Positions 12,904 through 25,835 of a stretch of 64,000 nucleotides of DNA are shown here, one piece after another. The translations under genes were made by a program, and so were the position numbers. This DNA is from Octopus sinensis (taxonomy: Eukaryota): assembly GCF_006345805.1 (NCBI RefSeq), contig NC_043013.1:40114001-40178000 (forward strand). Direction: 5' to 3'. The first letter of the stretch is position 1. Each line of letters starts with the position of its first letter. The notes beneath the pieces are model-generated. The model did no database searches. It had not been told where the DNA came from and saw only the letters and a program-made list of their open reading frames with translations.

Positions 12904-12909
<6 letters not shown>
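12287..12909 (-). mobile_element. Non-autonomous hammerhead retroelement (retrozyme-like): 362-nt monomer plus partial tandem copy plus 190-bp inverted copy
   Basis: 12287-12476 is the reverse complement of 12720-12909 (one mismatch seen); 12649-12719 directly repeats the start of the monomer; (TA)n on both sides; no ORF. Confidence 0.85.
12515..12555 (-). ncRNA. Minimal type I hammerhead ribozyme, U3-A8 core variant
   Basis: Minus strand CTGCA-TTGATAA-AGGG-CAACAA-CCCT-GAAAC-AT-GTC-TGCAG: perfect stems I and II, palindromic ACATGT stem III, GUC cleavage triplet. Confidence 0.8.
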
Positions 12910-12950
<41 letters not shown>

Positions 12951-12983
12951 ATATATATCTATATATATATATATATGTATATA

Positions 12984-13088
<105 letters not shown>

Positions 13089-13129
13089 TGCAGAGAAAAA
13101 TTTATTCATCTGACATTTCGATAATAGGT

Positions 13130-13983
13130 TATTGATGAATAAAGTATCGAATTGCCATTGGGCAAATTAAATATTATGATATTGCTTTGAAGTTTGCACA
13201 TCCGGTAACAATCTCTAAGGTAACTGCCTGCGTCAATTCTTGGAACTTTGGGACAATGTTGAAATGTTTATGAATGGTAAACATCTTGGAAAGAATTCTT
13301 AGCTACCAAATGTGAAATATAGAACTTCTTTTCAGATTTATTTAACAAGCTAACTTTGCTGAACAAACAGCTACCGGATCAAAATACAATTCTTTTTATT
13401 TGCAAAGAGGTTACTAGTGTTTGCTTTGAAAAGCTTAATCTATTCAGAATAAATATTGAGTGTACGGAGTAGGGGCATTTTCCAACTCTTGATACTGTTG
13501 AGAAGAAGCCACAAAAGATTATCTTAGCGTACAGACATGGAGCATTTCAAGAAATTGCACGGTGATAAGGAATTTAAGTTCAAAGATCTGGAAACAGACA
13601 TTCTATGTTGGTGTGGTGGAGCAAGATTCAGTTGAGAAAAACGTAACTAATGTTGATATGAGACTACAAGAAAACCTTAACGAGTTGCATATTATTCAAA
13701 CTGCTCAAGCTAAATTTAATTATGGGCTCAATAACTTATGGACATGTAGTGAACTTGCTATGAAATTTGCATTGCTTTGGCCGGAAGTAAATCTATATTT
13801 CATGGCCCTTTCTACTTCTTTGTCGAGTCTTGTTAGGCATTCATTGAGTGTCTTTCTTACTATCAAAAGCTCGCAATCGTTTAGAAACTGTAAGCAGAGG
13901 TGATTTTCGCTTGTCTCTAACAACCACGGATCCTGATATTGAAAAACTTTTGAAACTGATTCAGTCGCAAGGATCTCACTGAA
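13130..13983 (+). pseudogene. Decayed hAT transposase C-terminus (Buster/Charlie-like)
   Basis: LQENLNEL..KFALLWPEVNLYFMALSTS then frameshift to KARNRLETVSRGDFRLSLTTTDPDIEKLLKLIQSQGSH*, matching the hATC end of this group; many stops upstream. Confidence 0.7.
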
Positions 13984-14263
13984 TAAATACAGTAAAAAAG
14001 GAATATGATTTCTTTTTATTTATTTTGCTAAAATATTTTCTATTTCTGCACAAGAAGTAATCATTTCTTGGAAGTTATTAATTTTCTGGGCATCAACAAA
14101 AGCTTTTCATTACGTGTGCCATATCAAAAAAAAAACAGTGTATGATTATAAATTGTTGTTTTATTAAACCCAGAAAATATTTTTTTCTTTTTGTGGAATA
14201 GAGTAATAATAAAGAGTAAATGTGCAATTAATAGACAATGATATTTTTATGGAGTTTATTACG

Positions 14264-14526
14264 TTAATAGTAGAAAACAGGTCACCTTTGAAAAAATTGT
14301 TTTGATATTTATATATTATGATAAAATTTTGTTCAGAATTTTTTTCATTTCACATTATCAATTTTTAAATATTCATACAAAGAAATTTCATAATAATAAT
14401 AATAATAATCAAAAAATAATAATAATATATCTAAAATTTCGTTGTTATTGTTTGATAAATTTTACAAATTATATTTTTATTAAAGGATTTTTAATATTTT
14501 CAAAAGTGACCTGTCTCTACTATTAA
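14264..14526. mobile_element. AT-rich MITE with roughly 33-bp terminal inverted repeats
   Basis: TTAATAGTAGAAAACAGGTCACCTTTGAAAA versus TTTTCAAAAGTGACCTGTCTCTACTATTAA. Confidence 0.65.
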
Positions 14527-14596
14527 ATATTTATTACAAAATCTATGTACTTTTTTCCTTATTAATGTCCAGGGCTTGTAAGCACCTCACTTCAGA

Positions 14597-14790
14597 GTGG
14601 CGAGCTGGCGGAATCGTTAGCTCGCCGGACAAAATGCTTAGCAGTATTTCGTTCTTCTTTACATTCACATTTCAAATTCCACCGAGATTAACTTTGTTCG
14701 CTGAAATAATTACCTGTGGAACATTGGAATTGATGTTAATGATTATCACCCTCCCCAAAAATTCCAGACCTTGTTCCTATATTAAGAAAG
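14597..14790 (+). mobile_element. SINE family B, degenerate
   Basis: GGCGAGCTGGCGGAATCGTTAGC head and CCCCAAAAATTCCAGACCTTG tail. Confidence 0.75.
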
Positions 14791-14942
14791 GATCAGTAAT
14801 GTCTTGAGAGTCACAGGAAAATTCCAATAAGGAAGGCATGAGTTTAAAAAAATAGGCTAGGAATCATTTCTTTAAAGCATTATATATTTGTAGAGATTTT
14901 AAAGTAATTTTCTTTGTTTCTACTCATTTTTACTATTCAAAG

Positions 14943-15007
14943 GCTGTAATAAAACAGAATAAATCTACAAGAAAACAAACTATTACGGTGGAGAGGAAAA
15001 GGCACAG
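14943..15007 (+). CDS. Candidate 65-nt internal exon (AVIKQNKSTRKQTITVERKRH)
   Basis: Long pyrimidine tract ending TTCAAAG, donor CAG|GTAAGG, one open frame; no homology recognised. Confidence 0.3.
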
Positions 15008-15315
15008 GTAAGGGTTCACCGACCAGAATAAAAGCCGTTCAAAAGCAATAATATAAGCCCTACACACAAACGTGTAGAATACTTCTTGTAAATTTTCCTT
15101 TACATTTCCAAATTATAAAAATTCCGAAGAAACTTCGGTTCTTTGTTGCAATGTTTTTGTTTGTGTTTATAAAGATAGAACTTATTAAAGAGTTCATGGT
15201 TTATGGTGGTTGTCTGTTTTATATTATATCGATATTGCATAATTGTCTTCATTTATAATCTTATTACACTAGTATAATAGTTAATTAGAGTTTCTAGTTC
15301 TATGAGGTTTTCTGG

Positions 15316-15413
<98 letters not shown>

Positions 15414-16208
15414 ATATATATATAAACTGCCTAATTAACAATGAAGTTTATAAACGTACGACTAATATCCACACCAATACTATATCTTATATAAGTTTAA
15501 CAGCCAATTAATTTAAGGCTAGGTATCACACATAATGTCGTTCATTCTCACCTGGCAATAAGGACTATGACAATATTGATGGAGTATATTTGGAACATAA
15601 TAATAAAGCACTGAGTACAACATCCAATGGTTAATTTTAGCGGAGATCAAATTTATAATAGTAATAAACGTCCTGGAGATTTACGTACGAAGGAAGCAAA
15701 AGGGAAATTTTGAGTAGGATTTCTGAAATTACGTATCAACATGTAAGTATAAGACTTACAGGACATACCTACATTATAGTACAACTGTGTATTGGAATGA
15801 TATTTAAACAGCATTCAGATTCACCGGAGCAGTTACTTCAATAAAATGTCACAATGAAGTCTAAACTTGAGTCACTGTTACGTCTAAAATTTTGTATACT
15901 GTTGTTCATAAAGAATACGTGAGTGTAATATAGATAAAAGCGTCTAATCAGATACTGGAACGCATGTACTTATATATGCTTCTATTTGCGTGGATGAATA
16001 AACTGATATGCAAGAATTGCGAATTATGTCATTATATGAAGCAACATGAATGTACGTAGGTGTATCCGAATACATTGACATTAATGAACAGATGGGCGAT
16101 AAGAATGCATAAACTCACATGCGTTGGTATGTGAAATTGTGTAAACATGCGTACATATGTATAGTATATGTATGTACATAAGTATGGTATATGTATGTAT
16201 ATGTAAAA

Positions 16209-16310
16209 TGAAAAGCGTAGGCGCGAAACGTTGAAGACTTTTTCACTTCCGTGCGTTAAACTAATACAACTGTTTGTTGCCTTCGTCTTTGTTTTTTTGT
16301 GAATTCTCCC
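16209..16310 (+). mobile_element. Short hammerhead-bearing repeat, family C, 5'-truncated
   Basis: GCGTAGGCGCGAAACGTTGAAGAC..GAATTCTCCC then (TA)n; homologous to 16800-16990 and 53920-54117. Confidence 0.7.
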
Positions 16311-16743
16311 TATATATATATATATAATTATATATATATATATATATAATATATATATATCTATATATATATATATGTATGTATATATGTATGTATGTAT
16401 GAATGTATGTATGTATGTATGTATGTATGTATGTATGTATATGCAATATGTATGCAGGTGTATATATATATATGTGTGTGTATATGTATACATATAGATG
16501 TTTGCATGTATATGTATACGTAAGATTGTGTATTTATATGTACGTCTATTATGTCTATGTATGTGTATGTGAGTGATTGTTTGTCTATACGTGTCTGTAT
16601 GTAGACGTATGTTTATATATGCATAAGCACATACAAGTAAGCACATATACATGTGTGTGCGCGTGTTTGTGTGTATGTGTATACATATATATATATACAT
16701 ATATAAACGTGTTTATATATGTGTGTGCATTACTGTGTATTTT

Positions 16744-16799
<56 letters not shown>

Positions 16800-16801
<2 letters not shown>

Positions 16802-16986
16802 AAAACATTCATATTAGCCACTACACATTTTTTTTTATTTTCTTTCCTTGTTTCTTTCTGTGTTCCTTTCTGTGGAAAAGCATAGGCGCGAAACGTTGAA
16901 GACTTTTTCATTTCCTGAGCGTTAAACTAATACATCTGTTTGTTGTCTACACCACCTGTCTTCGTCTTTGTTTTTTTGTGAATTCT

Positions 16987-16990
<4 letters not shown>
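16800..16990 (+). mobile_element. Short hammerhead-bearing repeat, family C
   Basis: Degenerate motif CCTTT-CTGTGGA-A-AAGC-ATAG-GCGC-GAAAC-GTT-GAAGA at 16865-16902; embedded in (TA)n. Confidence 0.7.
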
Positions 16991-17045
<55 letters not shown>

Positions 17046-17349
17046 TGTATGTATGTATGTATGTACACATATATATTTGTGTGTATGTGTGCTTGTGTGT
17101 CCGTTTCAGGTATAAGGTTATATGAATAAAGTCAGCATATACCTTTATGCAAGCATATGTATATATGTATATGTATTCAATTGGAGCATATTTCAGCATT
17201 AACGCATGTAGATCGGAACATAAATGAAGATCAGGTCATATAAGTATATATGTGTGTATATGTATATATGTGCGTATATGTATATTTACATATGCATGCA
17301 TATGTACGCGTGTGCTTGCACGGGCGTATGCATGTGTGTGAACGAGTCT

Positions 17350-17690
17350 ATGTATTATATAAGCCTAGAATATTTTATACGCATGTCTATATGTGTCTAT
17401 ATATTATATAAGTCTATGAGTCTATGTATTATCTAAGTCTATGAGTCTGTCAGTGTAACATTATATATGAGTCTATGTATTATAATGAGTCTATGTATTA
17501 CATAAGCCTAGAATATTTCATACACATGTCTTTATGAATCTCTATATAACGGTCTATGAGCCTATGTGTTATATAAGTCTATGAGTCTATGAGTCTATGT
17601 ATTATATATGAATCTATGTATTATAATGAGTGTATGTATTATATAAGCCTGGAATATTTTATATGTATGTCTATGTATAGGTATATGAAC
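17350..17690. repeat. Degenerate higher-order minisatellite, roughly 142-bp period
   Basis: GCCT(A/G)GAATATT at about 17363, 17506 and 17647; built from GAGTCTATGTATTATA subunits. Confidence 0.75.
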
Positions 17691-17711
17691 GGGTATTTAT
17701 GTTATGTCAAG

Positions 17712-18200
17712 TCGCGTGGCTCCGTCGTTAGGGTAATCGGTTAGCGATTGGTCGTGAGTTCGATAACCGGCAGCGCGTTGTTTCCTTGAGCAAGGCACTT
17801 TATTTTTCGTTGCTCCAGTTCACTCAGCTGGCAAAAAGGTAATTCAAAGAACCAGTCTTGTCGCATTCTCTTTCGCACTGAATCTCCCTGAGAACTACGT
17901 TATGGTTACGCATGTCCGTGGAGAGCTCAGTGTGCCCTTCGCTAAGGGGGTGCACTGAACAGCACTGCCCATTCACTATTCAGTAGCGCACCCTCAGGTT
18001 TACTCCACTTTAGTGACTCCTCTTCAGCATTGTTACAAATTAGAGCCCACCTAGAATATTCTGACGCACCCCCAGATACCAAAGTCTGGTAGTGGGACTG
18101 GTGATCAGCCACTTACAAATTAATTTTACGAACAAGATGTTCCGTTGATCGGATCAGCTGGAACACTCATCGTCGTATCCGACGATGAGTGTTCCAGTAG
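17712..18200 (+). mobile_element. SINE family C interrupted by a roughly 180-bp insertion
   Basis: Family C head and body break at GCTCAG (about 17930) and resume at CAGCCACTT (about 18110). Confidence 0.75.
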
Positions 18201-18219
18201 TTATTCTTATATACATGTA

Positions 18220-18435
18220 TAAGGCGGCGAGTTAGCAGAATCGTTAGCACGCTGGACGAAATGCTTAACGGTATTTCGCCTGTCGCTACGTTCTGAGTTC
18301 AAATTCTGCCGAGGTCGACTTTGCCTTTCATCCTTTCGAGGTCGATAAATTAAGTACCAGTTGCGTACTGGGGTCGACGTAATCGACTTAATCCCTTCCT
18401 CTAAATTTCAGGCCTTGTGTCTACAGAAGAAAGCA
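18220..18435 (+). mobile_element. SINE family B, single core
   Basis: AAGGCGGCGAGTTAGCAGAATCGTTAGC head, core, AATTTCAGGCCTTGTG tail. Confidence 0.9.
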
Positions 18436-18524
18436 TAATTATATACGTGTATGTTAGTATGTGTACGTTTACGTTTTGTGTATGTCAACGTTTCCTTGTA
18501 TGTAATTATATGAGTATTTATACG

Positions 18525-18566
<42 letters not shown>

Positions 18567-20174
18567 CTATGAGTACACACACACGTACATACATAAATAC
18601 TTATATACTTACAAATATAAAATATATGCATATGTACAGGTAAATGCACGCGTGTGTATGTAAATACGTATTATATGTATGTATGTGCATATATGTATAA
18701 GTAACTGTATATAAAACTGTGTGAACGTGCGTATATCATGGTATTCAGTATTGCTATATACACATATATACACAAACATTTGCTATCAAATTATTTCACA
18801 TGAGGATTTATACGACTGTAAATATATCATTTACAGATTGTATTTATTCATGAACTGTTGCAATTTATTATAATCTATAATCATTAATTTAATTAGGTAT
18901 CTATTTACTGGATATAATTCATTTATGTATATATTTATATATTTTCATATTCATTTCACTCGATAAGCGAGTATTGATTGCGAAGCATATTTTTGTTTGT
19001 ATGTGTTTTAGTTAACATTAAATGGCGTCGTTTGATTTTACATTTTCAGATTGTTTGACCTCGTATATAGTGAAGAAATGATATTTATTGTTATGAATCA
19101 AATTCGTTCTAGATGTTGGATTGTCTCAGAAATATTCTGAGATAATTCTTTCGTGTTTACAGATTCAAACTATTCTATTTCAGATGTGCTATGAACTAGT
19201 GGAAGTGCAGTTTCTATGCTAAAATAGTAGAATTATACAATACTACACTTACTACCCAGCGTTGCCCGGTAAAGTACTCAAGGAATTGTGTGCCAGTTTG
19301 TAGAATGGGAATTCATGGTAATTATGCATGTATATATATTTAATCTAACTTCTAGACTTATTTAATTGGAACTATGCGAACAATAGTCATCAATTTATAC
19401 GAATGGAAGCTTTTTTTTAACAATTTTTATCCTGGAAATCATCTGTTACTTTTGTTTTAAAGTGTAAGAGGGGAGAAAGTGAAAGATGTATGAATATGTA
19501 TATGAAATGGGCGTGTATGAGTGAAAGAGAGAGAAAGAGAGAGCCACTTACACATACATGAGAGTACATACATTCACCCACTCAGTCTCTCTTTCTCTCT
19601 CTCTCCCTCTCTCTGATACACATATGCACACGTACATACAAAAAAGATATACACATATATTGATGCATGTACGTATACAGGACAACACACCCCTTCATTT
19701 ACTCTTTCTTTCTCGCTTTTTCTCTCTCTCTTTCCTTTCTCTTTCCTCTCTCTCTCTCTCTCTCTACCTCTCTCTCTCTCTCTTTCTCACTTTCACACAC
19801 ACACTCCATTTCATATACACGTATATACATCTTTCACTTTCTCCACTCTCACTTTAAAACGAAAGTAAAGAAATAAATAGAATTTTATGGAAATTAACGG
19901 ACTCCGGATGATGAAATTACATTCAGTTAAAAATATTTCCAAATGATTAAAATATTGTGTATCTCAAAAACTCGACGCTTTTTTTCTTAGAGATCGCGAA
20001 GACTATGCATGTTTATATGCCACAGATAGCGGATGTGTGTTTGTGTTGATTGACACGCCATGACATTCATTATATGTGTGTGTATTCAGTATATGTGAAT
20101 GTATGTTGATGTAACTGAGCCATGTTTTTTTCAAGAAATAACAAACAAAAATTGTTTTTAATCGTTTTCATTAG

Positions 20175-20221
20175 TAAATTGAGGTCTAAATATCACAAAA
20201 AATTGTACTCCACTGCCGAAG
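20175..20221 (+). CDS. Candidate 47-nt internal exon (KLRSKYHKKLYSTAE)
   Basis: Acceptor TTTTCATTAG, consensus donor AAG|GTAAGT; phase-compatible with 14943-15007. Confidence 0.3.
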
Positions 20222-20435
20222 GTAAGTATGAAAATAAATATGGAAAAGAAATTAAGATAAAATATACTATTTCGATTACACGCAAAGATCCCAAGAGTTT
20301 TAGTGTTATTAAGATAAACTAATTGTTATATAGATATATTTTAGCTGGTACAGAGTACCTTTCTTGATTTCTGTTCTCCTTGATCCATGAGTCACGAATT
20401 TTCACATATTTACGTGTGTGTGTGTGTGTGTGTGT

Positions 20436-20478
<43 letters not shown>

Positions 20479-20593
20479 TGTGTGTGCGTGTGTGTACATA
20501 TACATAGTCTATATATAAATACGTGAATATGTAAGTGCAAGTAGAGGTATGAAAATATATATGCACATATATATGAATATATATATAAGAATA

Positions 20594-20646
<53 letters not shown>

Positions 20647-20706
20647 TATATATGTATATGTGTATATATACATATATATATGTATATATATAATATATAT
20701 ATATAC

Positions 20707-20751
<45 letters not shown>

Positions 20752-20758
20752 CGCACGC

Positions 20759-20800
<42 letters not shown>

Positions 20801-21151
20801 TCGTGTATGGTTGTTCTCCTTCCCACCATTTCCAGATTAATGTCCTCCTATCACCATTAAAGTATTAACTACAAACCTCGTATTAAGGAGCCTCAAGAAA
20901 AGTAGGAGAAGAAAAGAGGAGATAGTAAGAAAATAGTGACGGGTGAAGCTCAGAGGTGAGGAGTTGCTTTATGTTGAAAGGTGAAGCGAAATATAATGAA
21001 AGAAAAGCAGATTAAGAGGTGTGGCCTGTCTTGTCATTGTTTTTGTTTATTGCTTTTCTAATTTTTTGTTTTGTTTTGTTTTCCTTTTTTGAAATCTTAT
21101 TGTTCTTTCGCCAAACTCGTGGTTCTTAAAATGGTGTCTTTTAATAAACAG

Positions 21152-21229
21152 GTAAGTTGCATCGACAAGAAAAACAACAATGGATACTCCAGTGTAATAA
21201 TGAAGCTACTGAGTATGTCGACCGATCTG
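21152..21229 (+). CDS. Candidate 78-nt internal exon (KLHRQEKQQWILQCNNEATEYVDRS)
   Basis: Acceptor TTTTAATAAACAG, donor CTG|GTAAAA; phase-compatible with 20175-20221. Confidence 0.22.
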
Positions 21230-21597
21230 GTAAAAATAGCAACCGGTCGTGTGGTAAGAAGCTTGTTTCCCAACCACATGGTTCCAAGTTCAGTCCCACT
21301 GTGTAGCGTCTTGGGCAAGTGTCTTCTACTATAGTCTCGAACTGACCAAATCCTTGTAAGTAGAAACTGAAAGAAGCCCTTCGTGTATGTATGCATGTAT
21401 GTATGTATATATGTATATATATATGCATGCATGTATATATATGTATATCTATCTATCTATCTATCTATCTATATATATATATATATAATATATATATTAT
21501 ATATATAATAATAATAAATATTAGGGAATAAATCCAAATTAATATAATCTAATTAATATAATATATATATATATATATATAATGTATGTATGTATAT

Positions 21598-21687
<90 letters not shown>

Positions 21688-21700
21688 GTACACGCACATG

Positions 21701-23004
21701 CTAGCTGAATTACCCGGCGTTGCCTGGATTATTGCTGTTCTTATCCAGATTAGTAAACCATAAATATGAAGATACATCTTTTTTCTCCTAATTATTTCAC
21801 AATATCTATATTTTATTTTAAAATATCCAAATTGTATTGATAATAGAATTTAGAACTGAAAATCTGTCAATCTTAAAGCACCTCAGGGTAAACAATATTC
21901 ATTGTTCAATTTTTTGTTGGTGTCCAAATGAATGAATTGTTACTGCTTCCAACTCGTGAGCAAGCAACATAGAGTTGGCTGTGGGAGAAGCATGTAGTAG
22001 AGGGATCAAGTCCAACTACCTTGAGGGATTGACTCTGAGATTTGTTAATTAAAATACCTAAATTTAATTTGAATGGAAACTGAAGCCTCTTAAATTCAAG
22101 TAGAACATCAGTAGATATGAGAGAAAATTTTGGAATAAAGACATTTTCTTCTTTGTGACTACCTGTTATGATTGTTGCCTGTAGGACATGAGGCTTCATG
22201 GAAGTAATAATTAAGCGAGTTCCATTACACAGGCGAGGTGAGTGAAGATTCCTAAGTAACATAATGGGAACATCCAGCTTTAGTGTCAAGTTATGTGATG
22301 GCATCCCAGTGGATTTAAGTGTGTTCAGAAATTCAACAGGGTATTGAACAGCCTGATCTTGATCGACTGCTGTGTAAGTTGATGGAAAAGTCATTTCTGA
22401 TGTATTTGTTAACTTTTGAAGTTCGTGATTGGGTTTATCGACCATTCCATGAGTTGGAAACAGTACGGCTCTTTCACTTAGCCAGCTTACATCAGTGTAA
22501 TTGATAATCACATATACACCCACACACACATACACTCTCGCACACGTACATTGTCAAATACACTCACATGCATATACTAAAAGAGACACAAACAGTCATA
22601 CATTTACGTAACGAACGGGCAAACACTCGCTCACTGACACATACACACTCATATACAAAATGTGTCGTCGTCGTCGTCATAGTATAAAATGTCCTTTATT
22701 ATGTCGTACGTAACGAGCGCGCAGATACACACATACACACTCACAGACACATACACACTCATAAACAAAATGTGACGTCGTTATCGTGATATAAAGTGTC
22801 CTTTACTATAGTTGACTATAGAAAGAACAGATTTTAGAGAAAATTTTATATTGTTTTAATCCAAAGGAAAATAAAAAAAATTACATGTATTACACTCAAG
22901 GCGTGTAATACTATTATCTTGTAAAATTTGATTTGATTTCGTGGAGCCGTTTGAGAATGCATAGAGAACAAACAGACAGACAGACAAATAATTTTATAGA
23001 GAGA
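21701..23004 (-). mobile_element. Internally deleted Helitron retaining the end of the PIF1-like helicase
   Basis: 5' A|TCTCTCTATAAAA..(GTCT)n at 23004; 3' hairpin CCAGGCAACGCCGGG followed by CTAG at 21701-21727; helicase fragment between. Confidence 0.8.
21906..22445 (-). pseudogene. Helitron Rep/helicase C-terminal fragment
   Basis: YPVEFLN..GMPSHNLTLK..PIMLLRNL..LCNGTRL..RLQFP..INKSQSQSL..FSHSQLYVACSRV. Confidence 0.9.
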
Positions 23005-23054
23005 TAATATAATATATATGCATGTGTATATTTTTATATATATATATATATATA

Positions 23055-23099
<45 letters not shown>

Positions 23100-23115
23100 G
23101 CACACACACACACAC

Positions 23116-24108
<993 letters not shown>

Positions 24109-24359
24109 CTGCGTGACACCTTGGGCAAGTGTCATCTGTCATAGCCTTGGGCAGACCAAGCCTAGTGAGTGAAATGGAAACTGAAAGAAGCCCGTTGTAT
24201 TTATATATTTTTATGTATATATACCTATGTGTGTGTATTTTTGTCTGTGTTTGCTTCCCACCACCATCACTGTTTGGGAGTTGTATTAAGAAACCATGGT
24301 CACAGCAGGAACGCTTTTGGTCATATATCTGTCTGCTCGGACAGGTTGGACAAGGGTTA

Positions 24360-24780
24360 AACAATCAAAACAACAACAGCACAACAACAACAATAGCAAC
24401 AACAGCAGAAACAAACAGAACTGCAACGACATCTGCTGACAACAGTAAGAACAAATGCAACAGAAATGACCGTTTGAACTACTTCTGCAACAACTGCTTC
24501 TAGAATGACCACTACCACTACTACTACCTCTGCTACATGAGCACTTCGAGCAAAAACTGCAACAAGAACATCACAATCAACAATGACAACAACGACAGTA
24601 GTAAGAAGGAGGAGGAGAGGGGGAGAAGAAGAAGAAGAAGAATGGTGGCGCGATGTGGTGGTGGTGGTGGTGGTGGCGGTGGTGGTGATGGTGGCAGTGG
24701 TGGTGGTGGTGGTGGTGGTGGTGGTGGTGGCAGGGGTAGTGGTAGTAGTGGTGGTGACTATGGTGACGGTGGCGGCGGCT
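24360..24780. repeat. Compound trinucleotide microsatellite (ACA/AGA/GGT)
   Basis: Direct inspection. Confidence 0.9.
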
Positions 24781-25611
24781 AAAGAGAAACAGGGAGGCAA
24801 AGAGAGACGCGTATGATTAGAAGGTAAATAAGATAAAGATTTTGAAGGAGGGTGAGTAGAAGGTGAAGGTCATTTTAGAAGGAAAATAAGAAAAGTAGAA
24901 GCGAAAACTGAAGATGTGGAAGTGAGGGGGGGTCAGTAGGGAAAACCGGTTGAGGTTAAAAGAAGAGAAGGAGTGAGAAGGAGTGTGAGGGTATGTAGGA
25001 GGAGAAAGAGTGGGTAACTGATTTTGAACTTATTTGTGAGTAGGTAGGGATTAGATAAGAAGAGAAAGAGTACAGATTAATAACTATCACGCCCAGCTTG
25101 TCGCCATTATTGTTGTTGTTGTTGTTTAGCTCCGGATTAAGCCTGGTAGGGCAGTCATATGATCCAAGTTATTCCACCCATAACCATCGCGTCCGTATTT
25201 ATATGGGAACTAGGTACATTGTGCAATGAATCTTTGCTTTTATTTAAGAGGTAGCGGGTGATTTGCGTGGAAAATGTGCCTGATATTTCCCTCAGATCGT
25301 GTGACTATGTTGAGGCGCCGCCGAAGCACCGATATGTATGTATGTTGGTGGGTCATGGAACTTGAGAGTGTTGGTTGCTTCCATTTCTTTGACAGCAGGG
25401 ATCGATGAACAGGGGTAAATTATCCCAAGTGGGCTAAAGAGAAAATTCTTGTGGGTAATGAGGACTCATTTGACATAAGTGAAATTACATACAAAAAAAA
25501 ACGTGTTCCTTGTTACGACAGACATTTTTCTTCTGGCAACACTGCATCAGTCTAACGTAATGGACGTGTAAACAGATTCATATAAATAGATTCAATAAAA
25601 TAGATTCGATG

Positions 25612-25835
25612 TGGAGGCGTGTGGCTTAGTGGTTAGGGTTTCAACATCCTGATCGTAAGATTGTGGTTTCGATTCCTCGACCGGGCGACGCGTTGTGTTC
25701 TTGAGCAAAGCACTTCATTTCACGTTGCTCCAGTCCACTCAGATGGCAAAAATGAATAACACTGCAATGAACTGGCATTCCGTCCAGCTGGGGAACACAT
25801 ACACCATTGAAACCGGGAGGCTTTAAATGGGCGCA
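25612..25835 (+). mobile_element. tRNA-derived SINE (family C/D head)
   Basis: GGAGGCGTGTGGCTTAGTGG A box, GGTTTCGATTCC B box, TTCTTGAGCAAAGCAC domain; flanking AAAATAGATTC repeat may be a TSD. Confidence 0.8.

Noticed and set aside
19245-19275. Helitron-like 3' hairpin (CCCAGCGTTGCCCGG) on the minus strand
   Set aside because: CTRR end degenerate and no matching 5' end found.
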